From Deltaproteobacteria bacterium (GTDB lineage: Bacteria; Myxococcota_A; Polyangia; JAAYKL01): DNA of 64,000 bases. The notes below the pieces were generated by a model. That model had not been told where the DNA came from, made no database searches, and was given only the letters and a program-made list of their open reading frames with translations. The DNA is taken from NCBI GenBank assembly GCA_016937015.1, contig JAFGWT010000161.1, positions 11,130 through 75,129 of the forward strand, read 5' to 3'. Shown in pieces: positions 10,192 through 19,854 of this stretch (within the stretch, counting starts at the first letter, position 1; each line of letters opens with the position of its first letter). A program made the position numbers and the translations under genes.

Positions 10192-11049
10192 TATCATCCC
10201 TCCTGGGAGTGGCACGTGCGAGCGTGCAGTCTGCAATTTCCTTCGTTATGCAAAAATAGTATCATTTCGTTTCGCATAGCATAACAGCAAAAATTGTGTT
10301 AGCGGTGTTTGTTGTTGTTGTAAAACTGTATTCCTTATTATCTGGCGCTTTACCTCTCCATATAGAGACTATGCATAAAGTGCAAACAATAAACTCGAAC
10401 CTCTCGCAATACTAATCGGCGATAATGCCGAATTGTTTATGTTTTGTTGTTTTTATATTGTTGAATTACTGCACACTCTCCACCTCGAATGAGTATATCC
10501 GTTTTCGTGCAGCGGTTTTATCGGACTGACTGGAATCGCTTTTGTTACTGCCACCGATTGGACAATGCGTTTGGCCAATTCCAGCGTTGTTCACCATGAA
10601 AGTTTCCCTGATGCATCCAAAGGCCAACCAATTGCATGGTCCGATGTAATACGAGCGGCTGCTGGTTGCGAGTTGTCGACCTGCTCGACATATGGTTGTT
10701 GTAAACACCGACGATCCATTCTTTCGAATCATACCGGGCGCATCAACTATCTTCATGCCCGCAAATTACAGTGCACCACTTGGGATGACTCAGTTTGGGA
10801 GGATAGCAACCCGGAGCAGGAATGTCAGTTCTGATAATAATGAACCCAAGTTCAAAATGCGATTTGATGCGTGGGCTGCTTATGATATATCGGGGTTGCC
10901 CGAGCAGGGTAGGAATGCACGGGGCACCTTTCAATGAAAGACGTTATTTCCACACTGAGACACCAGGATTTGGAGATGTCGTTTTGTGATTCCAGGATGC
11001 CTTCTTGGGCCGTGGTTCCGGTCGCTGACATCCGGGGAAAGGAAAGGAT

Positions 11050-12132
11050 ATGTTGAAAATTAGTGTTGGTATTTTAGCGTACAACGAAGCTGATAGTATT
11101 GCGAGAGTCCTGGACGATGTCTTTTCGCAGAGCATTTTCCACGACTCCAGAGATAATTATGACATTGAGGTTATTGTTGTTCCCAATGGATGTTCCGACA
11201 ACACGGCAGCACTGGCCCGGGAGCAGTTGACGCGATTGACCGAAAAAGAATTGGCCCCACGTGTATCCTGGCAGGTGGCAGAACTGACGAAAGGTGACAA
11301 AGCAGGTGCCTGGAATCACTTCATCCACAGCGTGTCCAGACCGGATACAGATTACTATATTCTCGTGGACGCCGATATAGAACTGGTCCATGAAAAAACC
11401 TTCGACAGTTTGGTTCAAGGGCTTGTCAACAATCCCAAAGCGAAAATTTCACATGGTAATTATATGAAGCATTCCATGGTCAAGAAAAAAAAGAGCATGT
11501 TTGATCGCGTGTCACTCTTCATGGCAGGGGGGCTTAAAAATCCAGGTGCGTCGCAGGCATCGCGTCCTGATGAGGAAATATATTACGTTTCCGGGCAGCT
11601 TTATGGTGCCAACGCTTCGGCGTTAAAAAGAATTTGGTTGCCATCCGGATTGCCCGCCGAAGATGGTTTCCTGGCAACATGTATTACCACTGACATGTTT
11701 AAGTCTAAAATGATGGGAGACCAGATTATTCGTGTTGCTGACGCCCTGCACCAGTTTAAGGCGGAGAGCACTGTTAAAGGCTGGCTGCATCATGAAGAGC
11801 GGATGTCGATTGGCGCTACAATTAATGGTGTACTAAAAGAATATTTTGAAGCCAGACGTGACAGCATCCCCGATGTGGGGCAATGGATTCGGGACCAGGA
11901 AGAGAATAATCCGATGTGGTTGAGTAGAATAATGGAAGAGGCCGTTAAAAATGGTTCTGGTTTTGTTACATTTAGTTGGGGCATTCGTCGAATTCGATCA
12001 CTCAAAGATGTCCGCCCATTGAAAGCTGCGTTTTTCTTTCCTGTTTATACCGCTTTTCTGCCCGTGGATTTATTTATTCGCCACAGGAGTAATAAGACGA
12101 TTTCTTCGAGTACCGGTATTGGATTCTGGTAG
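11050..12132 (+). CDS. Glycosyltransferase, GT2 family
   Basis: ISVGILAYNEADSIARVLDDV, IEVIVVPNGCSDNT, YILVDADI (DxD). Confidence 0.8.
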   Translation: MLKISVGILAYNEADSIARVLDDVFSQSIFHDSRDNYDIEVIVVPNGCSDNTAALAREQLTRLTEKELAPRVSWQVAELTKGDKAGAWNHFIHSVSRPDTDYYILVDADIELVHEKTFDSLVQGLVNNPKAKISHGNYMKHSMVKKKKSMFDRVSLFMAGGLKNPGASQASRPDEEIYYVSGQLYGANASALKRIWLPSGLPAEDGFLATCITTDMFKSKMMGDQIIRVADALHQFKAESTVKGWLHHEERMSIGATINGVLKEYFEARRDSIPDVGQWIRDQEENNPMWLSRIMEEAVKNGSGFVTFSWGIRRIRSLKDVRPLKAAFFFPVYTAFLPVDLFIRHRSNKTISSSTGIGFW

Positions 12133-12435
12133 AGATTTTCTTCTTCGGCAATGCGGGAAACCGAAATTTTACTTTTATGCTCACAATGCGAAATTAATTT
12201 GACTGAATATGAGGGATAATTCCGTGTGTCAGTCACTCTTCATTTAGGCGGTGCGAATTGGCGGTGCAAATCAACGGTTCGAACGTTTGATTCAAAACAC
12301 CTATTATTTTTTTTTAAATTCAATTATTTGAAGAACTGCTTTCTAGTTGTTGAAATGTAAGTCTGTGTTTTAACTATAACAACTGTAAAACCTTGAAAAA
12401 ACGATTCTGTCCCAGTCACCGGGCAAAAGAAACTG

Positions 12436-14007
12436 ATGTCGAAAAAGAAAAAAACTGTATCTGAAAAGAGGCAGGTTGCTAAGAACTTACTGCTCAACCT
12501 GGTATCATTCCTTACTCGATTAATAATCGGCTTGTGGCTGGCCCCATATCTTGTAACGCATATTGGCGTCGCAGCGTATGGTTTCGTGGCAGTTGCATCG
12601 ATAATTGCAGAGTATATGAGTATCATCACGGGATCCATGGACGGCGCAATGTCGCGATTTATGTCTGTTGATATACAGCGAGGCGATTTTGCTCAGGCCA
12701 ATAAAATCCTGAATACATCTCTGACTGCCTTTTTAATGCTGATTGCTGTTCAGATTCCATTTGGTTACCTTATTATTGTCAACCTTGATAGTATATTTAC
12801 AATTCCAAATGGGCTGCTGAATGATGTTACCTGGCTGGTATTCTTCACTCTTGCCGGATATGCGGTCACTATAATCGTTGAAGTGTTCGCGGTTCCTTTG
12901 TTTTCCCTCAATCGCCTTGATTTGATTCAGCAAATGCATATCGTGCGATCGATTACCCGTATCGGGGTTATTGTCATCTTCTTCACTGCCGATAAGCCAA
13001 GTCTGTTTTATGTTGGGGTTGGGGAAATTGTGGCGAGCGGTGTTGTGGGAATTGGAAAAATATATCTTGGAAAAAAACTGGCGCCATGGATGGCGGTTAA
13101 TATTCGGGATATTGACAAATCCAAACTGCGCGAGCTGGTCACCATGTCCGGCTGGATTATTTTGAATTACCTGGGGTTTCTTATGTTGCAGCGCACAGAT
13201 ATTCCTGTGCTCAACCGGTTTGTGGGCGCTGACGAAGCCGGTCAATATGCAGCAGTGGCTCAATGGTTGATACTACTTTCGTCCATGGTTATGATAGTCT
13301 CTTCCCTCACTGCGCCATTGGTGTTGGCGGCCTATGCCAAAAACGATTATCTCAAAATTGAGAATATTATTTTGCGGACTATAAAAATAACCGGTGTCAT
13401 CACGTCTCTTTTGGCCGGACTGTTAATGGCGCAGGCGGAAAACCTTTTAAAGATATGGATTGGCGAGGGCATAGAAAAGATTTATCCGCTGCTCATTTTG
13501 ATGCTTGTTTACGCCCCCATTAATTTGTCTGTATCGTGCCTCGGTTCATTATGGGCGCCCCTCAATCGGGTAAAGGTGCCGGGGCTTGTGACGTTTTTGT
13601 CAGGAATGGCGGGTCTTGCGCTCTCTGTCGCGTTGGCAGTGCTAACCAATCTTGGTATCTACAGCGTGGCCATCGCGCTCATGGTTGTGAAAATTTTTAC
13701 AAACGTTATATTTCTGCCCTTTTATGCATCCCGCGTGTTGAAAATTCATCCAGGCACATTTTATAAACCAATGTTTAATATTGTACTGGCAACAGGAATT
13801 GTCTTTCTGGTATCCAGTCTGCCCGGATTAATTGGATTCAATATTGACAATTGGGCAAAACTGCTCGGTATCTGGACGATTTTCGGAGTAATCTGTCTGC
13901 CGATTTTGTGGAGGCTTATTTTTTCTGCTGACGATCGAGCATTCGCAATTGGACTCTTGCCTCAAAAAATTCTTTCTCGTTTTCCCTTGCTAAAAAAATT
14001 GATTTAA
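12436..14007 (+). CDS. wzx: Polysaccharide flippase, MOP/Wzx family
   Basis: 523 aa with about 12-14 TM segments. The basic N-terminus followed by KNLLLNLVSFLTRLIIGLWLAPYLVTHIGVAAYGF is typical of Wzx/polysaccharide biosynthesis proteins. Confidence 0.8.
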   Translation: MSKKKKTVSEKRQVAKNLLLNLVSFLTRLIIGLWLAPYLVTHIGVAAYGFVAVASIIAEYMSIITGSMDGAMSRFMSVDIQRGDFAQANKILNTSLTAFLMLIAVQIPFGYLIIVNLDSIFTIPNGLLNDVTWLVFFTLAGYAVTIIVEVFAVPLFSLNRLDLIQQMHIVRSITRIGVIVIFFTADKPSLFYVGVGEIVASGVVGIGKIYLGKKLAPWMAVNIRDIDKSKLRELVTMSGWIILNYLGFLMLQRTDIPVLNRFVGADEAGQYAAVAQWLILLSSMVMIVSSLTAPLVLAAYAKNDYLKIENIILRTIKITGVITSLLAGLLMAQAENLLKIWIGEGIEKIYPLLILMLVYAPINLSVSCLGSLWAPLNRVKVPGLVTFLSGMAGLALSVALAVLTNLGIYSVAIALMVVKIFTNVIFLPFYASRVLKIHPGTFYKPMFNIVLATGIVFLVSSLPGLIGFNIDNWAKLLGIWTIFGVICLPILWRLIFSADDRAFAIGLLPQKILSRFPLLKKLI

Positions 14008-14399
14008 ATGATGCGAAAATGTGTATTCCAGTGTTGTGTAATCATCACCGAAAAATTCAGAAAGTGCAGTTGAGCCGGGGCGGGGGGGGCGGCAATCTTT
14101 GTGTTGAAGAGATCAGAGTTTCGGTCCAGAGCATTCCTGATTGCTAAAGCTGTCGAATTTTTGTATCTATCGATTGCGCGAAGGCGGACTTTTCATGGTT
14201 TCATAGTTCAGTATTCGGCGTATGGGGGCCATGGCGGATGTCAATTGGGTAATCAGGCCCTGGATTGTTCCGGTATTGCGTTAATGGATGCCTTGGGTTT
14301 CATTGGTTGAATTGGGTAAGCTTGGAGATTAATTCGGCATCGGAAGGTGGCGACGGTGAGAAAAACAGGCCACTTTAGAAATTAGTCTTTGAAATAGGG

Positions 14400-15062
14400 G
14401 TGATGGACACAACATTAATTGAATGTGACAGGAGATTGTTTGGTATGTGCAAAGTTTTCAACAAAGGACTTTCTTATTTCTTCGTTGCAGTGCTGTTTTC
14501 CGGTTTCGCGTCATGTGCGGCTAAGCGTCCTCATGTCTGGGTGGAAGAACTGCCTCGGGAAGAATCTGAGCCTCTGCAGTATCGGATCTCCCCAGGGAAT
14601 GAATTGATGATTTCGGTATGGGGACAAGAGCAGATTTCGGGGCGACAGCTGGTACGTGAAGACGGGAATATTTCAGTGGTGCTTGTGGGCGACATTAATG
14701 TTGCAGGTTTGACCACTGAGGAGGCTGCTGACGCCATCGCAAAACGACTGGAAGGCGATATCGTTCAAAATGTGCGCGTTGATGTCAGTGTGGTAGCAAC
14801 CGTACCACAGTTTGTCACTGTCGTCGGTGAAGTCACTACTCAGGGGAAGATTGAGTTGTTGACTCATGACAATTTAATTGATGTGTTAGCGAAAAGCGGT
14901 GGCTTCACAGAATTTGCGCATACAGATCAGATTTATCTGATTCGTCAGACGAAAAAAGTGGCGCTACAAGTGATACGGTTCGATTTTGATCGCATGACAT
15001 CATGTCCCAATGCGGGAATAAATTTTAAACTTCACGATGGTGATATTATTATTGTCGATTGA
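14400..15062 (+). CDS. wza: Short outer-membrane polysaccharide export protein (Wza/OPX; Poly_export + one SLBB-like domain, no C-terminal OM helix domain)
   Basis: YRISPGNELMISVWGQEQISGRQLVREDGNISVVLVGDINVAGLTTEEAADAIAKRL is the Poly_export/PES-type motif. The likely lipoprotein start is ATG 14445 (MCKVF...LFSGFASC). The protein is only about 205-220 aa. Confidence 0.8.
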   Translation: MMDTTLIECDRRLFGMCKVFNKGLSYFFVAVLFSGFASCAAKRPHVWVEELPREESEPLQYRISPGNELMISVWGQEQISGRQLVREDGNISVVLVGDINVAGLTTEEAADAIAKRLEGDIVQNVRVDVSVVATVPQFVTVVGEVTTQGKIELLTHDNLIDVLAKSGGFTEFAHTDQIYLIRQTKKVALQVIRFDFDRMTSCPNAGINFKLHDGDIIIVD

Positions 15063-16423
15063 GCAAACTGCCAGTCAGAATTTTAGATATAAAATTGAAG
15101 CGGTATTCATCCATTTTTTTATCCATCTTTGCTGGTTCGCTGGTAATACTCCCGTGCTTGTTTGCATGGGGAGGACACGATGTGGACTTTTTCGGCAATT
15201 TAGGGACTTCAGTCAGGGTTGGCAGATTGGCTGCTGTGAATTCAGATGGAGGCCAAACTGGAATTGAGATCGAATTCTCACCATCATTTGAACTTGTTCG
15301 AACCGGGTCGCGTGCAAGCGCATCATTGCTCTATGGGTTGCGTGTGGGGAGCAATTGGGGAAGCGTTGGGACCGAATCTTTTCTATTGTTCCATCAACTG
15401 ACTGTAGCACAGCGATTGACGATTTCGCGGCGTCTATTATGGAACGCAAGCGGCAGTGCAAATTACGGCAAGATGGATTTTGGCCGTTCGCTCTTTTTGT
15501 TTGACTCAAATATTGGAGATAAGGAGACATCGTCCCTTGCGACTGGGCGACCAGAAAGTCAAGTGGTCCAGTACCTGTCATATTCGGCAAACAGCGGTGT
15601 TACCGTTGTTTTAAATCCCAAACAGCGTTTGGTGCTAGGCGGTGCATATTCTGCCACCAGACAGCTTTCCGGAAATCCACCCGAATCGGCAATTCCTGAT
15701 ACTTCGGCAGAACCGACGTCGAAAACTGTTTCGGCCAATGTGACACTCTCCACCCGAATGTCTTCTTCGGGCACAATGTCCGCCAGTATAACCGGAGCAT
15801 TGTCGATGTTTCCCAATGACCTGACATCATGGCCGGTGACTGCATTGCTGGGATGGGATCGTCAGGCACGGGAAAATCTCAGTTTTTCAGTTCAGGCTGG
15901 AAGTGTGTTTTTATTCCAGACTTACACTGATACTGCGAGGAGCGATGATCCCGAAAAAAGCAAATATTATTTATCCGTGCTTCCAGCCGGGGGAATGTCT
16001 CTTTCTGTACGACCAGTTTGGAATACGATTACCCGGTGGCAGTTTTCTACATTTTTGTCGCTTTCGACGTATGTGGATACGGTTCGTGCTGCTGTGTTGC
16101 CCAGGATGAATACAGGCTTCGTGGCGGTGAGCATTATGACTCCCAAGGTACAGTTTCGATTAAGTGTATCAGCAGCGACTATCCTCTTCGACGAAGTTCG
16201 GGGAGAACCTCTTGATGATAATGAGTTTCCTGCCGCCGCCGCTTTGTCAGCACAGTTTTCGTTTGAATTGAAAAGATCGATGTTCCTTCGTGTGGGCGGA
16301 CAGGCCAATACGGCATTGTCCTATTTGTTTAACGGTCCGATAGAAACTGGTTCTCAGGAGTTGGTTGGAACAGTTTCTTTCGTCATGCAATTCGACCCCA
16401 ATCATACCGGCGCCAGCGAGTGA
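15059..16423 (+). CDS. Putative outer-membrane beta-barrel partner of the short OPX (Wzp-like)
   Basis: The start overlaps the wza stop (TTGA at 15059-15062). It has an N-terminal hydrophobic signal-like segment (IFLSIFAGSLVILPCLFAWG). The rest is S/T/G/A-rich with alternating-polarity stretches typical of beta-strands, and there are no TM helices. Function is inferred from context only. Confidence 0.4.
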   Translation: MSKLPVRILDIKLKRYSSIFLSIFAGSLVILPCLFAWGGHDVDFFGNLGTSVRVGRLAAVNSDGGQTGIEIEFSPSFELVRTGSRASASLLYGLRVGSNWGSVGTESFLLFHQLTVAQRLTISRRLLWNASGSANYGKMDFGRSLFLFDSNIGDKETSSLATGRPESQVVQYLSYSANSGVTVVLNPKQRLVLGGAYSATRQLSGNPPESAIPDTSAEPTSKTVSANVTLSTRMSSSGTMSASITGALSMFPNDLTSWPVTALLGWDRQARENLSFSVQAGSVFLFQTYTDTARSDDPEKSKYYLSVLPAGGMSLSVRPVWNTITRWQFSTFLSLSTYVDTVRAAVLPRMNTGFVAVSIMTPKVQFRLSVSAATILFDEVRGEPLDDNEFPAAAALSAQFSFELKRSMFLRVGGQANTALSYLFNGPIETGSQELVGTVSFVMQFDPNHTGASE

Positions 16424-16656
16424 CCGATGGAACTGCCGATAACTCAACTTTTTTGGGTATGAGCTCGTTTGAACTTACAATATTACAAGGTAGAAATGGT
16501 GTGGGGGTAAATACCGGCTTGACTGATAACAGAATAGTTCGAAATGGCTTTTTTGTTCATTTCAATGTTTTATCCAACTGGATTATTTTGTATTTAATGC
16601 GTATTAGTTTTATTTTAGTTAAATTAAGCGACCAATATATGGAGATTTATTAACAG

Positions 16657-18183
16657 ATGAACACCGGCAAAATTAGCAATACTGGTGAGGACAGCAAGTC
16701 TGATTCCGGGCTTGGAATAAATGATCTGTTTAACCTGTTAGGTTTCGTTTATCATGCGGTGCTTCGGCACAAAATTATATTTGTTGTTTGTATTGTCTTT
16801 GTTTCTGCTACCGTATACGGCATCGTTAAGGTTATGCCACGATCATACCAGGTTTCTTCAAGGATTTTAATTCATTCGTCCAGTACAATTTCGAAACTTG
16901 CCAGAACTGGGAGTAACATTAATCCCAGTGACAACATGTTTGGTGTTCTTGAACTGATGAAATCCCAGGAAAATCTCGAGAGAATCGTGGATGACGCGGA
17001 GCTCGTTGAAAAGTGGAAGAAAACGAGGTACGGCCTCCAGAAGAAAAAAGACGATCTCTTTGCCAAACTGTTTGGTCCACCATCGGATGAGGGTCTTCGA
17101 GGAGCCCTGATAGACAGACTGGACGGCAGACTGATTGTGGACTTTAATGGCGCTGTGCTGGATATCTCTGTGGAATGGGATGACCCTTGGGTGGCCCTCG
17201 AACTGCACAAGGTGGTTCTTGGCCGCTTTTTTGAACAGCGTCGCAGTCGCGAGCTAGGTGAAATACAGGAGACCATTCAGCTCCTGGATCAGAAGCACAG
17301 ACAGGCGCTCGCCAAATTGCGGGTAATTGTCGATAAAAATAGAAAGCTTGTTTCAGAAAAAGTTGAACTTCAATTACAGGCGCAGGATACACCACGTATC
17401 ATAAGACCGCAGTCAGGGTTCCGACCGTCCAAAATAAGTACACCTGCCAGCATGAGCCCAGAGCAAAAAGCGGAACTTGAACGGTCGTCTACGGAGCTGC
17501 AATCGGTTCAGGCTGAGATTGCTCGATTGCAGGCTGACCATAAGCAGCGTCTTGCCGCCGAAAGAGACAAGCTGGCAGAGTACCAGACACAGTACGGTCC
17601 ACAGCATCCGGAAATAGTAAAAAAATCCAGGTATATTGAGTTGCTGTCTGCGCAGGAAGCCGTCCCTGGTTCATTGCTGAGACGAGCGAATTCACTGGAG
17701 AAATTGATTAAAAATCTCCAGCAGCCACCTGTTGTCGATGAAGCATCTGTGATTCGGAAACAACGAGTTGCGAGTTTTAGAGGTCCGATTGTCGATGAAA
17801 AAAAAACAGAGGTGTCCCCCTCTCAGAAAGAATTAGCCGATGTACTTTTTGAATCCGAGCTCATGACTGCGGAGTACAGAGAAGCAGAAGATGATGCGAA
17901 TAGACTCAGAACCCAATTGGCAAATACACGGCTGGAGCTGGAAGCCACAGAAGCTGCGTTTGCATATCGCTATCGGCTTGTTAAGCCTCCGGTGTTTCCC
18001 AAACGTCCCAGCAAGCCGCAGGGGCTGAAATTAATGATGGCTGGCGTGTTATTGAGTATCTTTTTGGGGATTGCGCTTACCGTTTTTGTGGACATTCGTT
18101 CCGGCTTGATCCTGGAAAGCTGGCAGATTGATAAGATTGTCAATTTACCGTTGCTTGGCGAAGTAGATGATTCACAGAGTTGA
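16657..18183 (+). CDS. Polysaccharide co-polymerase (PCP/Wzz-GumC-like chain-length determinant) without tyrosine-kinase domain
   Basis: N-terminal TM (IIFVVCIVFVSATVYGIV) followed by PRSYQVSSRILI, a long E/K/Q/R/L-rich coiled-coil region, and a C-terminal TM (LKLMMAGVLLSIFLGIALTVFV). No Walker A or Tyr-rich tail. Confidence 0.7.
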   Translation: MNTGKISNTGEDSKSDSGLGINDLFNLLGFVYHAVLRHKIIFVVCIVFVSATVYGIVKVMPRSYQVSSRILIHSSSTISKLARTGSNINPSDNMFGVLELMKSQENLERIVDDAELVEKWKKTRYGLQKKKDDLFAKLFGPPSDEGLRGALIDRLDGRLIVDFNGAVLDISVEWDDPWVALELHKVVLGRFFEQRRSRELGEIQETIQLLDQKHRQALAKLRVIVDKNRKLVSEKVELQLQAQDTPRIIRPQSGFRPSKISTPASMSPEQKAELERSSTELQSVQAEIARLQADHKQRLAAERDKLAEYQTQYGPQHPEIVKKSRYIELLSAQEAVPGSLLRRANSLEKLIKNLQQPPVVDEASVIRKQRVASFRGPIVDEKKTEVSPSQKELADVLFESELMTAEYREAEDDANRLRTQLANTRLELEATEAAFAYRYRLVKPPVFPKRPSKPQGLKLMMAGVLLSIFLGIALTVFVDIRSGLILESWQIDKIVNLPLLGEVDDSQS

Positions 18184-18305
18184 AAGATACAAAATTGGTG
18201 GCGAACGGCGATCCCTGTCGGTTTGATAAGAAAGGTATTTTGACTATGCCATCCCCTGGCGCCAGCGTCAGCTAAAATGAGTCTAACTTTTAAAAATGCT
18301 TCCCC

Positions 18306-19472
18306 TTACGCAATCCACCAGTAGGCGGCATGCAAGAGACAAAGCACTGCTTGTGATGTAAAACTGCAGAAAACAATGACGATTAGCAGCACATTCTTGA
18401 CGGCAATATTTATTTTATCTAAATCGAGTATCCATTTTGAGCAGCAAAGAGCCGCAATGCTGAATGGCAAGAGAAAAAATCTTCCAAAAGAACCCAAATC
18501 ACCCATTGTTGCCGGAAAATAGAAAAGTGAAAAATAAAATACAAACAGTCTGCGATCTGTTTTCCATACCAGTGGCAACAAAATGACAGCCAGATAGAAA
18601 AAAGTCTTATCAAATATGCTGAAAGAACGACTGAAAACAGTCCCCGTTCCTGAAAAGAACACGTCAAAAATATGTGACGGGGAGACACAATTTGCCAATG
18701 AATTATTAAAGTATTCTCCAAAATATTTGTCCTGAACACGGATAAATTCAAACGGATTATCAAACTGCCAGTATTGATATGCCATAAACAACAGAGTCCC
18801 AATCAAAAACGATAATCCGATTAGAAAATTGTAGCTAAGGGTTTCAAATTTTTTCGTCTTAATTGCTGCTGGAATTTCCATCAGAAAAATAATGCCTGTC
18901 GCAAGTGCCACGAAAAAACCCTGGCCCCTTGTGAAAACCATTAAGATGGCGGGAACGGCTGCCCAATAGGACTTTTTATTAAGAAAAAGCCACAAAAAAG
19001 TGAACAGGAGTAAAAGGAAAAAGGATTCTGTGTATATGCAACTTAAAAAATATGCGGCTGGTGTGCACAAAAACAAAACCAGAGCGAGCGCTCCGATGCG
19101 CGAGGAGAAAAGTGCTTCGGCCATTTTAAAATAAATACAAGCGAAAAGCATACTGTAAATGGTTGTCAGCACGATGCCGCACACAACTTCATCCAGTATC
19201 CCCCATGAACACCACCTGATGCTGTATGGAAAGGCAGGATAAAACGCGCGTGCCATCTCGTTAGCATATCCATCTCTGGCAATCTGAATATACCAGCTGG
19301 CATCCCAATTGAGATACGATTTCAACGGTGATGGATCGCTAATAAAATCGGTCCGAAAGGGCCATACCCAATCATTAATGACTACCCCCAAAAGAACCAG
19401 TGTGATGATTTTCCAGATTAAAAAGAAAATAACAAGATTCTTGCGACTATCAGCGGTTTTAAAGATGTTCAT
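18306..19472 (-). CDS. Polytopic membrane protein, GT-C-like (PIG-V/mannosyltransferase-like)
   Basis: 388 aa with 9 or more TM segments. The first loop contains WDASWYIQIARDGY, which resembles the conserved loop of PIG-V-like GT-C glycosyltransferases. Confidence 0.45.
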   Translation of the reverse strand: MNIFKTADSRKNLVIFFLIWKIITLVLLGVVINDWVWPFRTDFISDPSPLKSYLNWDASWYIQIARDGYANEMARAFYPAFPYSIRWCSWGILDEVVCGIVLTTIYSMLFACIYFKMAEALFSSRIGALALVLFLCTPAAYFLSCIYTESFFLLLLFTFLWLFLNKKSYWAAVPAILMVFTRGQGFFVALATGIIFLMEIPAAIKTKKFETLSYNFLIGLSFLIGTLLFMAYQYWQFDNPFEFIRVQDKYFGEYFNNSLANCVSPSHIFDVFFSGTGTVFSRSFSIFDKTFFYLAVILLPLVWKTDRRLFVFYFSLFYFPATMGDLGSFGRFFLLPFSIAALCCSKWILDLDKINIAVKNVLLIVIVFCSFTSQAVLCLLHAAYWWIA

Positions 19473-19854
19473 CTGAGTTCACATGCAAATAACGGAACGC
19501 GTGATCAATGCGCAGTTCACCGTTCCAATATTACGCTCAGGAACATTCGATACAGCGCAACCTGGTTAAATATAGATGGAAATTTTAAAATCGCTACTAT
19601 TTATTGGGACTGTTCTAATTTTCTACCTAATGATATAATTTGAGTTGTTCTCGACATTTCCACCTAACATTTTGAAGCCCTCATTTTTGAACGCCCCGGA
19701 CATTACCGGTGAAATAGGTTTACTTTGGGCCCGATTTTGTGGCAGCATTCCGTTGCAGTGTAAAAGTTTCATGGATAGGGTTACGAAAGTAATCGGACCG
19801 GACCAACAATGAACTCATCAGCATTGGGAAGCTACCCTGCTTCACTGCTGATAT

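Noticed and set aside
12247-12270. A bona fide RfaH ops/JUMPstart element.
   Set aside because: The sequence is GGCGGTGC, not GGCGGTAG, and nothing else indicates an enterobacterial-type RfaH system. It is reported only as a direct repeat.
14073-14090. G-rich run (CCGGGGCGGGGGGGGCGGC) as a regulatory G-quadruplex or phase-variable tract.
   Set aside because: It is intergenic and has only two substantial G-tracts (G4 and G8) plus a final GG, too few for a canonical quadruplex. There is no adjacent ORF whose frame it could switch.
1365-17695. Nested or antisense track ORFs inside the EPS genes, e.g. 1365..1574, 3007..3438, 3865..4176, 6896..7198, 11074..11418, 12733..13263, 15213..15590, 15967..16308, 16872..17276.
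   Set aside because: Each is fully contained in a longer ORF that has clear family motifs, and none has motifs of its own.
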